From assembly GCA_963575745.1 (NCBI GenBank), contig CAUYUJ010000219.1, positions 1 to 64,000 on the forward strand: a DNA stretch of 64,000 nt, in the 5' to 3' direction. The notes beneath the pieces were generated by a model. The model saw nothing but the letters and a program-made list of their open reading frames with translations, did not search any database and had not been told where the DNA came from. Made by a program: the position numbers and the translations under genes. Source of the stretch: Prorocentrum cordatum. Taxonomy: Eukaryota. Shown in pieces: positions 49,610 through 61,298 of the stretch (positions are counted from its first letter, which is position 1; every line of letters starts with the position of its first letter).

Positions 49610-49750
49610 GGGGGGTAGGGGGAGGGGGGAAGGCTTCTTAGAAGCACCCTGCTTCTTAGAAGGCCTCGGCCTTACGTCTAGAGAGAAGGCCTGCGCCTTC
49701 TAAGAAGCAGGGGTGCTTCTAAGAAGCCTTCACCCCTCCCCCTGCCCCCC
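49610..49750. repeat. ~140-bp palindrome / foldback
   Basis: gaaggcttcttagaagcaccctgcttcttagaaggc versus gccttctaagaagcaggggtgcttctaagaagccttc, extended by G-rich and C-rich arms. Confidence 0.85.
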
Positions 49751-51149
49751 TCTGCGCGTTGCCGAGGAAAGAAAGAAATAGGGGATCGTGCGAACAGAAC
49801 AGGAAGGTGCTGGCATGTGTGGGTTAGCGTGCCGAAAGGAGCAGCGTCGCTGCTGAAGCGCGCGGCAACCTCGCGCCGAGCCGGCACAGCAGGAACAGCA
49901 ACACCGAATTCGATTCAGACCATTCCAGCCAGGAGGTGCGGACCAACAGAAGGGTGTGCAAATCTGACGTGGAAGGGGCGGATTGGCCCAACTGAATTAG
50001 CGAGGCCATATATGGCGTCCCCGTGGGGGGGCGCGAGAAACCAAGAAGACAATTAGGTTGAAAACGCGCCCTCCTGGGGGGGCGGGAGGCAGGCAACGCG
50101 CACCGGCTGGGGCCAGTGGCGCGTACTACTGGTATGCTCCTCGAGAGCTTGCACACTCCGCCCACAGATGTCGCTCTTCAGACTCGAAAGCGTCCCGAAT
50201 CCTGTCCTAGCCAGTCTACGATGCTACGAGATACGACGATGTTTGACACCAGTGCTTCAAGAAGGATGGTCGACGGCCTGCCAAGCGGCCTCGGCGATCG
50301 AACAAACGACCGAGGGGGGGAGCAACCCGCTGATGGCATCGCGCCTATCCTCGTGGAGAAGGCGATGCAGGTGGAACGTCAGCGTCACTCCTTGAACGAA
50401 GACCAGCAATGATCCCACGAGGGCGGAGGTCTCGGGAGACGCCGGGGGAGAAGCGGATCCGACGTCGTGATTTGTTCACGGCGTGTGCCCCCACAGGTCT
50501 CCACCCCTTCCCCCATGCCGCCTTTTCGCCCCCCGTCTTTCTGTGTCGGCCTCAGGGCCCAGTAAGGGGGCTCCAGAAGCCGAGCATGGTTCCAAACCTT
50601 CTGTTGTAATTTGTTCACGCCGCGAGCGGAACTGCGGAGGGCCAGCACGTGGTATGAAACGGATTATCTCCCCAAAGCCGCCGCAACCGACCCCGCACCC
50701 CCGACACCGTGATTTTTCATCACGTCGACCCCTCGAGGTCTGAACCTACTCCCCAGGACCGGTTCTTCATCCTGAGTCGTTTCCCTAAGCATCCAAATAT
50801 CAATTTAAGGAGCGAAATACGGGATTCTCAGAATCTCATTGTGCTGGCGGATGTCCGAAAATCTTGAATCTCAAGTATTGAAATCGCACGGAACCGGTGG
50901 AAATCACAAAAAACAAAACCAGCCCAAATATCAAATCTCAAAAAAAAACAAAACACCAAATATCAAATTTTAGAAAACGGCTGACTGGCCTTACTGGTCT
51001 CACGGCGCTCGTGCGGAAGCTCGTGGGCGAGCCTGGGTGGGAGGTGCACGAGTCCACGACAGTTTCAGGGCTCATATCCAAGCGCATTCGGCCAGCTATC
51101 CACCGCACATCGGTCGCGAGGCCTTTGGTTAGCATCGGTCCGCAGGGGG

Positions 51150-51420
51150 GCCTCTCAGTGGGCTTCTTGGGGACCCAATGGTGGCGGGCTTCTGGGCGGC
51201 GGGTTTCTTGGCCATCTTGGAGACCTCTCAGCGGGCTTAACCAGTGGGCTTCTCAGTGAACCCTACCAGAGGGCTTCCAGCGGGCGTCTCAAAGGGAACC
51301 TCAAGAGACCCACCAACGGGCTTCTCAATGAACACCTTGGGGGTCTCTCAGTGGGCATACCAATTGGCATCTCAGTGGGTGCCCCAGTGGGCGTCTCAGT
51401 GGGCTTCGCATTGGGCATCC
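51150..51420. repeat. 12-bp minisatellite (gcgtctcagtgg-like)
   Basis: Direct reading. Confidence 0.7.
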
Positions 51421-52676
51421 TCGCTGCGTCGCAGGTGGCGGATACTACAAGCACCCCAATGGCGCAATTCGTTTCTGTGTCCCAGGGCCCAGCACGTATA
51501 CCAGAATGGGTGCAAGGTCCCCTGGAACTTTGGACCTCGGAGTGGTTCGATCGATTCCCGTGCGTGCGACCCTTCCGAAGCTGATGATCGGCTATGAGAA
51601 TAAGACTCGCATTCAGATCGACGGCAACTCCAAGACACCGACGGTGATGGCGGCCCAATGCAACAGCAAGGTGATGACGGCAGGCGTCGGCGACGGCGCG
51701 ACGGGCAGCAACGGGGCCACGTGCAAGGACGACTCGATGCACGTCGACGGCGGCACAGTCAGCACGAAGAACGATGGGCAGACGATCAACAATGACAAGA
51801 CGAAGCACGCGCTGGGCACAAGCTTCATGATAGGCGACACGAAGGGCACAGACGGAAAGCAGCACACCGACGACAAGCAGAACATCGACGACACCGACGG
51901 CGGCAAGCAGGACATCGACGACACCGTCGGCGGGAAGCAGGACACATCGACGACACCGTCGGCGGCAACCCCTCGATGACGTCGGGACTCGACGGCGTGG
52001 CGGAGATTATCATTGGCATGATTGACATCATGGAAGAGCTGCTGTCGAACCACGGCGGCGCCCCCGCCCCGAAATTCCAGGGACTCGCGGGCCAAGAGAC
52101 TGATGATTCATCGGTGGCAGGTCCGCTCTCTAAGAAGCCGAGGCCGCCCCCTAGGCCGCCCCCGAAGTTCCAGGGACGCGGCCCAGATCCTTTTTTTTAT
52201 CGAAGTCAGCTCAACCGCCTTCTAAGAAACCAAGGCCGCCCCCTGGGCAGCCCCCGAAGTTCCAGTGACGCGGCCCAGAGGCTGTTCTTTTAATATCGAA
52301 GTCAGCTCAGCCGCCTTGTAAGGGGCCGAAGCCGCCCTCTGTGCCGCCTCCCCCAAGCCTTTTAGATCGCGTGCGCGTTCCCGTCCACGTGCTCTCACCC
52401 GACGTGTTTCACGCAATTGCATCCTCGGCCCCACCCTCGCCAAAGAGTCGCGTGGAGCCAAAATCTGTGATCCCAGGTCAGACGCCCAAACTAAAGGCGT
52501 GCGGTCATCTTTGCGGTTTGTAGAATTCGTTTTGGGACTTCTGCGCCTGATCGGGCTTCAAGATCAAAGAAAGGGGACGTGTGTGCATGTGTATACATGC
52601 ACATACATACCTATGTATATGTATGTATGTGTGACGTTGGAGCAAGGCGCAGCCAGCTCATAATTTGATCACAATC

Positions 52677-55600
52677 TTAATGTAGTTCTCGATGTTCCGG
52701 GCGCCGTAGTTGCAGCCTGGAGCCAAGCAGCGCAAACTTCTCGAAGAAGAGTCGGAGTGTCTTGCTGCGCGGGGGGGCAAGGTGACGAACAGCATGATAA
52801 GCCAAGAACGCCGCGACCAGCCGGCGCGCATTTGTGTGGGAAGGCGCCAGGAGAAGCAACCTGATAGGAAGACTAGGTAATGCCCAGGCCGTGCGCTGGA
52901 ATGCATCAGAGGGGTTCGGCGTCCCGGCGGCCAATGCCATCGACCAGAGGGGAGTGCACAGTACGTAGTGTCCAAGATCGCCCAGACATCCCGTACATCC
53001 GAAAGCGAAAGGCACGACCGCGTCCAGGTGGAGGCGCGAACTGGTTGTCCATGCATTGGCCCATGTCTTAAGAATAGCTGTTGACCACGCCGGTGACAGC
53101 GACTGCATGGGAAGACGAACGCCAGGAACATCCACGAGGCCACGCGGCACGCTCGGCCACACCGTGTGCGAGCGGCGTGAAATGAGCGCCGGAATAGAAT
53201 CTGAGTAGATGGTGAGCTTGGGTTACGATAGGTGGTAAAATACGCCCTAAGATGCGATGCCTGGGTAATCCTACCGAGGCGTCGTGTAGAACCAAGGCGA
53301 TGGGGGTGGAGCCCCAGTGGCTAGGAGAGACTACCCCGGCTGCAAAGTCGACCACAGAGAGGTGCTCCGCGGCAACAAAGCGCAGCATGTCCAGATTGTC
53401 TTGCCAGGAAGCGACTGCGGTCAAAGATGCCCGCACCAACCTTGAAATAAGATCAACGAGCATGCTGTCGATGTTCACCGAGCCCCAAATATGGAGGCAG
53501 AGCGTATCCTCGCGAGAGAAGGAAGTGGGTGGAATGTGAAGAACACGATGAAGGGCATACAATTCTTGACGAAGCAGGTGCTTGGGAAGAAGGGAAAGTT
53601 GTCCGATTGATCCTAGAGTAGGGAACGCATGGACGTCGCAAAGAATTGCAGCCGGAGAAGGGGAGCACCACCAGCAGCAATCGCGGAGACACGCGAGTGA
53701 TATTTCTCAGCAGGCGCGCGCCACGTGAGGTTACCAACGATAGTCCCAAGATGTGCGCCGTGAAATTTTGCGACTGGGGCGACTGACGCGTCGATCCAAT
53801 CGGGGAGGCACCCGGTAATCCAAGAACGAATCGTCGCTTCGAGGTCGTCGGACCAAGGGCGAACAGGAACCAAATAACACTTCCGAAATTTGAGAGTGAA
53901 CCCTGCCAGAGGCCTTGCAAACTTGAAGATGCTCGCCATTGTAGGAAGGTGTTCCAACGATTTCACTGCACTGCCAACGTCGTCCGCACAGGCGCGTACA
54001 ATCCCCTTGTTATGCTGGATGATGGCGAGCTCGAACCAATTCAAGAAAGGGTCGAAGGCCAGGGCGAAGCAGAAGCATGTCAGAGGGCACCCCTTGATAA
54101 CTCCCCGCATAATGAGAAATAAGGTTGTTACTTTCGCTCCAGCGCGGCCGACTGCAACGACTTACGCGCGAGTGGCACGAATAACATGCACCAGGCCAAG
54201 CGGCGCTCGAGAGGCAGAAGCAACGAGAAACAACCACTAGTGAATCATCGAAGGGAACGCGTTCCCGAAGTCAGTGGAGAAAAGGAACGGGCAGTTGAGG
54301 GCTGGCTGCATAGCGTACGCTCTGCCGTGAGAATCAAGATCGACGATGTAGTCCAAAAAATTTCGGCCGGCCGCGAATCCATTCTGTAGACGAGAGGCTT
54401 TCTCTGCGACTGCATGCTTGATGTACGAGTGGGTCGACCCGCGTATGATCTTAACGTCGGAGCTCTTGATCCCAATCGGTCTGGTCGCCATGGGCTCCCG
54501 CACGATTGCACGGTCGTCGTCTTCCTCGGTGCCCTTCGGGATGAAGATGGCGAGGGTGTCATTGAAGCCGGCTGGAAGGTGCAAGCCGGAAGATATCCAG
54601 GCTCCCACTTGATGGAGAAGGGTCTATGCTTGAGGTCCAGCACGAAGCCAAACACAATAAGGGATGCCATCGATATCTGGCGCCGTATGCCGAACGCGAC
54701 GGAGAAATCTGTAAATGTATACAGAGGAAGGTGGGCCGCTGTAGTCGTGCATGGTGAAGTCCGAGGAAAACCGCGCGGCAACCGAGCGGGCGAGATCCTC
54801 ATCGATGGGAGGCACTGTGGAGAATACCGGCTCCCAAGCGTGTGCGAGCGTCCGCGTCTGCTCGTACTCCTCCTCGATGTTCCTGTCGCCGCTGCGGATA
54901 GCTGTGATGTGGCACTGTTCTCCGAAAGGTGTCCAGATCTTCCGGAGTCGGTCGAAGGCGGTGCGTCGGCGACGACTCGCGCTCCATGGAGAAGAGGATG
55001 TCCGAGATTCATGAAATCGTCGCTCCAAGGCTGCGGACCTGATGGCGTTGTACAAGGATGAGAACGCCGACGGATCAAGTAAGCGAACACGGCCGTTCTC
55101 AAGGGCGAGATGTTGCCGAGCAAGCACTGCTCCTCCCAACAGGGTGAACGCGAGCTTGGTGTCATTGTGCCAGACAGCCCGCGCGACAGACGAGCACACG
55201 GAGGCGCGAGCATCGGGAACAGCAGCAGGAATAGCGAGAAGTAGATGTCTGGTCATTCGCGTCGCAACCCGAATAAGGCGTTTGAACTCCGCAAGCCGCA
55301 GTGGCACCGAAAGAGACGCGAGGTCAGTGGCATCCAAGAGCAATGTAATACGCTCAGAAAACAATCGATGATCAACAAAAAATCGAAGAATAGGACGAAG
55401 ATGCTGTGGAAGTTGGGGACGGTAGGAAAAGAGGAAGGCAATAGTGGCGTGGTCGCTGATCTCCTGTTGATGGCAATAGAAGGGGTCTCGCAAGAGCTTC
55501 GCGTGCAGCCCGAGCTGAAGGACGAGCCATGGGGGCGAGGCAACGTAGAGACGATCCAGCCGGCCAGTAGATGAAGGAGTAGAGTTTACATGCGTGTCGA

Positions 55601-56272
55601 GGGATTCGTGGACCTCCGTGAGCTGATCCAGCATGCGCTGCCACGCAGCCTGGTGAGGGCCAGCTGCCGGGACCCTGTGGTGCGAGAGCGTGGATGAGCC
55701 AGGATCGGAGAAGGGTCGTCGGAAATCGCCAGGGGCGAGAAAGTTGGAATCGCCAGCAACTGCCATGAAGTTGTTGTGCGGGTCAGCGTGTACTGCAGCA
55801 GCATCGCGTGCCATCATCGTCGAGACGCGCTGTACGTCCGCAGATGTCAAGGCATAGTTATGTATATTCCAATGCACCCACGTGTAGTCGCCGATGGAAG
55901 CAATTACTCGTAGAATGCGCCTGGGGACTGGAGAAAAATATGCAAATTCAGCGACGGAGCCAGGAAGAGGAGCCGGGGCGAGCGGTACGACAGATCCTTC
56001 GTCTTCCTTGATGCTGGCAGCGCCGTCGGGGGTAAATGAGTGGAACATCTTGTAGTGGCCGAGAAGCGGAGACAATAAGCGAGACACCTTTTCAGGAGTG
56101 CCGTGCACTTCTTGGAGAGCAGCAACATGTTGAACACGATCGGGAGAAAGAAGAAGACTTTGGAGTAGACGGGCTTTCAAAAGACCACGTTGGGGAGATG
56201 ACGGTGAAGAGCACGAGCGTTCCAAGAGACGAAGCCAACCGAAGCGGATGATGATCTCCAGGGGAGCAGCAT
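52677..56272 (-). pseudogene. LINE-C ORF2 (APE-RT-zinc knuckle), several frameshifts and stops
   Basis: VSWNARAL, ALQEVH, VAGDSN, RLDRLYV, SDHATI (APE). PDIDGIPY, FIPKG..TRPI, QNGF, TDFGNAFPSM, RGVIKGCPL, ACADDV (RT). GCTGCLGDLGHYVLC. The motifs are spread over different frames. Confidence 0.9.
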
Positions 56273-56276
56273 TCTG

Positions 56277-57233
56277 CTACCCAGACCACGTGACCTGATA
56301 TACGGGTCGTCGGGCGCGGCGCTCAAACTCAGCTTGAATAGCCTCTTTGTCAACTTGTGCCACAGCCACCTGTTCGAGGTTCCACTGCACGTGGGACGGG
56401 TTGTCGCCATTGCGTGGTTCCAATTGCGCCATCGGGACGCCGTCGAATTTGATGACGCCGTCAACCTTCTTCCAATTGAAATGCTTGTTCGGGTACAGGT
56501 GCTCAAGAGATCGGATGAGTCGCTTGCCATCGCGTTCCCGTTTCTGCTGACAAGGGTTCTTGTCTTAATCGATGTGGAAGGTCGAAAGAGCGGCACCAGA
56601 TACAGTCTGATATATCGGGAAAGGCCTCCATTCGCCGTCACTGGATTTAAGCATCTCGCGGGCTTTCCGAGCTCGATTTCTGGAACCCCCAGCGTTGCCC
56701 TTGAACTGCACTGTGAAGCGCCTGGAAGTGTCAGGGCCGAGGAGAACAGCCCTGTCATCAGACCCACAATCAGCATCATTGAGCCAAGAACGGATGGCAT
56801 TATTGATTTCGATCCTGGTCGTGAGCTCCGGCACGTTGAGGCGCAGGATCGCGCTGTTTACTTTCCGGTTGAACTCCGAAAGGTCGAGGGTGTCCTTGAT
56901 GGGCACGGTGGCCCCCGCCACCGCGACAGCACGCTGCAAGTCTGCAACGATCTTCCTCTGCTCCTCCTGCGCGCGCGCGATCTCAGCCTGAGCCCGGCGA
57001 ACAGCAGAAAGCTCTTTCTCCACGACCTGGAAGCGACGCTCGGCCTTCTCCTCCGTCGCCTTGACCAGCTTGATAGTGGCAGCCATGGACTTCTCGGCGA
57101 AGCCTTTGATGGTCTTGTCCACGTGCTCCAGGATTTCTGTCCGGAAGGCCTCGAAGGGGTCGTCTTCGTCATCGATTGCCGCCTCGGCATCGCCGGAAGC
57201 AAGAGCGCGACCACGCTTGACAGCGGAAGCCAT
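56277..57233 (-). pseudogene. LINE-C ORF1 (coiled-coil protein) with a premature TAA at 56567-56565
   Basis: ATG at 57233 (MASAVKRGRA...), heptad-rich segment; the same frame continues after the TAA (DKNPCQQKRERDGKRLIRSLEHLYP...VTWSG*) to TAG at 56279-56277, just before the ORF2 ATG. Confidence 0.8.
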
Positions 57234-57320
57234 CGCAGCAAGGCGTAAGTTGAATATGCAATTGTAATTGTATCTTAGCTGATGGCGGAAATTTCCTCGT
57301 GAGGGAAAATGGAATAGCTC

Positions 57321-57387
57321 TGGCTTGACCACTTGAGCTCTTGAGCCAAAATGGCTTGAGCCAAAATGGCTTGAGCCAAAGTGGCTA
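57321..57387 (-). other. Tandem relict dinoflagellate spliced leaders (DinoSL)
   Basis: Minus strand: TAG-CCACTTTGGCTCAAG-CCATTTTGGCTCAAG-CCATTTTGGCTCAAG-AGCTCAAG-TGGTCAAG, versus DinoSL DCCGTAGCCATTTTGGCTCAAG. Confidence 0.95.
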
Positions 57388-58165
57388 TGTATGTGTATAT
57401 ATATATAGATCCTTCTACATATATGTGTACGGACATATCTGGAACAAAACGACAACTATGGCATATCTCCAACTACCAATATCAAAATATCATTTCTTCC
57501 AGCCCACATTGCGCTAGATGTCTCACATTCTCGCATGTCCGGTTGATTTTACCCAGCCCTCCGAATTTCCGGTTGAAATCTGGAATTCAATATCAGCTGT
57601 AAATATCATATTTGCTTAAATTGATCGTTCTACGCTCTGGGTCTTTGACGGTCCCAAGGCCCGATAAGGGTTACAGGGGCCGAAAATGGCGAAACATGTT
57701 TTTCATGACCCGACGGGGTCTGGGACGTGAGCCAGGCCCGCCCACAGAGGTCAGAAAGGGAGTCCGAGAGGGCCCCAGGAGACCCCCCAAGACGGCCGAA
57801 CGCGGTGCACCGAACCCGCCCCCTCGGTGCATCAGTGGGGACTGGCGCACACCGAGCGGAGGAGGGTCGATGGAAGTGGGCGTGGACAGGAGGTGGAGGA
57901 GAAGGAGGCGGAGGAGGAGGAGGAGGAGGAGGAGGAGGAGGGAGGAGGAGCAGAAGGGAGAGGAGGAGGAGGAAGAGGAAAGAGGAGGAGGAGGAGGAGG
58001 TGGAGGAGGAGGAGCAGGAGGAGGAGCAGGAGCAGCAGGAGGAGGAGCAGGAGGAGGAGGAGGAGGAGGAGGAGGAGGAGGAGGAGGAGGAGGAGGGAGG
58101 TCTGGAGTCTGGAGAAAGGTTGGCAGGTCGACGCCCGCCTGCATGCAGGAGGGCAGGAGGAGCGC

Positions 58166-60156
58166 TCAGAGCGACGTGACCCGGCTCCGGCAGCCCTGGA
58201 GGCCCGCCTGCACGTGGTTCTGCGCGCACGGCCCAGGCCGCCTGGCGGCGGCGGGCAGCGACGGCGGCCTGCGCGCCGCGGGCTCGAAGAAGGGCGCCTC
58301 GGGCTCTCCGCTGCTGTGGGAGGACGGCTGCGGGCTGCTCTCGCGGGGCAGCACCTCCGGCTGCGCCGCCTGGGCCATCGACGGCGGGAGCGCCAGGGAC
58401 GCCCGGGCGCCCTCCACCGCCGCCGCAACGGCCTCGGGCGCCACCTGCGCCCTCGCGGGCCGCCGGCCTATCCCGCCCTCGGCGGACGGGCCTGCGGCGG
58501 CCTGGCGCATGCTGGTCGCGCGAACGCCTGGCTTGCAGTCCAGGTCCCAGGTGCCGTTCTCGTTCGCCTTGAGCACTCTTGCCGGAATCCACCTCTGGTG
58601 CGTGGCCCCGAAATACTCGACCACGTCGCCCACGGCATAGGCGGCGTGCGTGGCCGCTTCACCCGGGCCTGCGGCCGCTGGGCAGCCTGGCGGCGCCGCC
58701 GCCGGCGTGATCAGCTCCCGGCCGATGCCCAGAAGCCCGTCCCACATCGTCTGGGCGGAAACCCGCACCTGCGCGGCGTGCATCTGGACGCGCAGCGCGC
58801 GCTCGCCTCCGATCCCCGTGCTGCACTGGTCCTCCATGGAGGCCTCCCCGCCGCCTCTGAACAGCGGTGGGTCTGCCACGGAGGACTCTCCGCCGCAGGC
58901 GCTGCCGGCGCCGCCGCCAGGGCCCTTGGGCGCTGCGCGGCCGTCGCCCAGCGGACCCGCCGCGCCGGCTGGCTGCAGCGCCGCCTGCCTGCCCAGCGCG
59001 GCCGCGCCCAGGCGGAGCCTCTCCAGAGCCCCCGAGGCCGACCTGGAGAGTGCCTGCGGGAACGTGGAGGCGAAGTCCATCGCAGCGGCCCACGCCTCGC
59101 CGGCGGCCAGGTACTCGGCCAGGGCGGCGGCGTTGTGCCGCGCGTCGCCGCAGGCCGGGCAGCGCGGGCGGGCGGCAAGCTCCCTCTTGGCGCAGCCGAA
59201 GCACACGCTGGCGCTGCACAGCGGGCACACGTGGTTGATTGCGCTGGAAGGCGCCCGGCAGAAGTGGCACTCGGAGCTGCGCCACGCGTCTGGAGGACTG
59301 GGGTCGACGGCGCTTTCCGAGGCCCCGGTGTCCACCTCGCCCAGCCTCCCGATGACAGGGTTCTCCACGGCGGCCAGCAGGGCTGCACTCGAGGCCTGCA
59401 GGGCCGCCTCCGGGGACCAGGCGGCTGCGATTCGCGACACCTGCTGGGTGATGGTTACGTCGTGGGCTTCGTGCCTGCAGTGGGGGCACTCCGGCCTCGG
59501 CAGCCTTCCCAGGCACTCGAAGCACACAGTGTGATGGCACTGCGGGCACACGAAGGCGAAGGCGCCGGAGGCCTGGAAGCAGACCACGCAGCTGGTGAGG
59601 CGGTCGTCGGAGGGGTCCAGCACGGGCACACTCTCCCAGCCCTCGGTGGCGATCTGCACCGAGCCCACAGCGTCCACCACGCCCGCAGCCAGCCTCTGGA
59701 ACTCGACCTCGATGCTGCCGAGGCCCTCCTCGAAGTCTTTCCACAGCAGCAGTGGCTCCGTGGCATCGCTGTGCGCGGCAGTGAACTCGACGGGGTTGAA
59801 CTGCCGGGGCCGGGAGCTCTCCGCGACGGGCGCCGGGGCCGCCGACGGCTCGCGGAACAGCTCGTGCCGCAGCGCGCGGCCGGCGGAGAGGCGGTGGTGG
59901 CGCTTCGGCATGAGGAGCTGCCGAACGAGGTCGCGCGCCACCGCCGTGGGGGCCTTGCGGCCGATTCCTGCGACTTCCCTGACCTTCTGGAAGAGACCGG
60001 AGAACATGTCCGCGTCCCACAGGGGCAGGTCGCCGCGAAGCAGCTGCTGGTGAAGCAGCCGCCCGTGCTTGTCCACGAACGCGTACTCGTTGGCCAGGAG
60101 GAAGACGAGCACTGCACCAGCGGCCCACAGGTCGACCTTCTCGTCGTACCCGGCGC
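58166..60156 (-). CDS. Host Ser/Thr protein kinase gene, large exon: kinase subdomains IX-XI, two RING-like fingers, SH3/Tudor-like domain
   Basis: GYDEKVDLWAAG...ARDLVRQLL...RLSAGRALRH; CVVC..CPQCHHTVCFEC..CPHC; CHFC..CPLCSASVCFGC..CPAC; YAVGDVVEYFGATHQRWIPARV. It may be spliced at 58207 rather than stopping at 58166. Confidence 0.85.
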
Positions 60157-60159
60157 TTT

Positions 60160-60486
60160 TCGGGCGGGTGGTAATGGGGGTGACTTACGTGGGCGGCGAA
60201 AACACAAGGGCGCTGAAGGGGCCCTCTAGGGCTACCTTGGGAGCCAGCAGGGCTTCAAAGGGGCCCTACAGGGCCCCTTTTGGGCCCTTTTCTTCACCCC
60301 CCATTTAGGTCCCCCCACTATAGTCGGGGTTGATTGGAGAGAACACGCAAGAGGACACGAAACCCTTCCGAGGGCCACATTGCCATAGGAATGTCGAAGG
60401 CACGGGTCGCGAAAGACAGGACACAAGGGTACCATTGAATTGGCAAGGTCGACTACTGATCAGCCTCGACTGCACCACCCGCCCGA
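60160..60486. mobile_element. Intron-forming MITE (5-bp TSD) with a nested Tc1-type MITE (60321-60472)
   Basis: TIR tcgggcgggtggt / accacccgcccga; gcttt at 60155-60159 and 60487-60491. It separates in-frame kinase exons. Confidence 0.85.
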
Positions 60487-60558
60487 GCTTTTGGCGGGCA
60501 GCAGGTGCATCTCTGGCGCCATGAAGGCCGGCGTGCCCACCTTGTCCTTGAGCAGGGC
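60487..60558 (-). CDS. Kinase exon, subdomain VIII
   Basis: ag|ALLKDKVGTPAFMAPEMHLLPAKS; the exact donor is uncertain. Confidence 0.85.
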
Positions 60559-60679
60559 CTCGGCCTCTGGCCGATCCTCGCGCGGTCATGCCACCCGATC
60601 GCGTGCTCCGACCGCGGGCCTGACAACGATGGCTACCACGCTGATCGCAGATCGATCACGCGTTCCAGCTCGGACGATC

Positions 60680-60815
60680 GAGGAGGAGGAGGAGGAAGAG
60701 GAGGAGGAGGAGGAGGAGGACGGGGAGGAGGAGGAGGAGGAGGAGGAGGAGGAGGAGGAGGAGGGAGCAGGTGGGGGAGGAGGAGAAGGGGAGGAGGGGA
60801 GGAGGAGGAGCAGGA

Positions 60816-60856
<41 letters not shown>

Positions 60857-61233
60857 AGCAGCAGCAGCAGCCAGCAGCAGCAGCAGCAGGTGGGGGAGGA
60901 GGAGGAGGGTGGAGGAGGAGGAGGAGGAGGAGGACGAGGAGGAGGAGGAGGAGGAGAGGAGGAGGAGGAGGAGGAGGAGGGGGAGGAGGAGAAGGAGAAA
61001 GAGGAGGAGGAGAAGGTGGGGGGAGGAGGAGGAGGAGGAGGAGGAGGAGGAGAGGAGGAGGAGGAGGAGGAGAGGAGGAGGGAGGAGGAGGAGGAGGAGG
61101 AGGAGGAGGAGGGAGGAGGAGGAGGAGGAGGAGGAGGAGGAGGAGGAGGAGGAGGAGGAGGAGAGGAGGGGGAGGAGGAGAGGAGGAGGAGGAGAGGAGG
61201 ACGAGGAGGAGGAGGAGGAGGAGGAGGAGGAGG
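60680..61233. repeat. (GAG)n intronic microsatellite
   Basis: Direct reading. Confidence 0.95.
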
Positions 61234-61298
61234 TGATAACGCCGAACCGACCACGTGATTGGCGATATCGCGTGATCAACAGACACCGAGGGTAGGGC

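Larger units (their letters stand above)
47800..50783. mobile_element. ~3-kb non-autonomous TIR element carrying nested MITEs
   Basis: ggatgaagagccggtcccaggggataggttcagacctcaggggtcgacgtaatga (~47842-47895) is inverted at ~50717-50772. gaaacgactc / gagtcgtttc mark the outer ends. No transposase was recognised inside. Confidence 0.65.
52633..57385 (-). mobile_element. LINE-C: full-length but decayed two-ORF non-LTR retrotransposon (L1/Tx1-like architecture), headed by DinoSL relics
   Basis: ORF1 + APE-RT-CCHC ORF2; flanking 11-bp direct repeat tatgtatgtgt (52622-52632, 57386-57396); no poly(A) tail seen. Confidence 0.9.

Noticed and set aside
57321..57387. Functional SL RNA gene
   Set aside because: The units are 5'-truncated 15-mers lacking DCCG, and the intact units are not followed by a GT donor or SL intron. 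They are retroposed relics.
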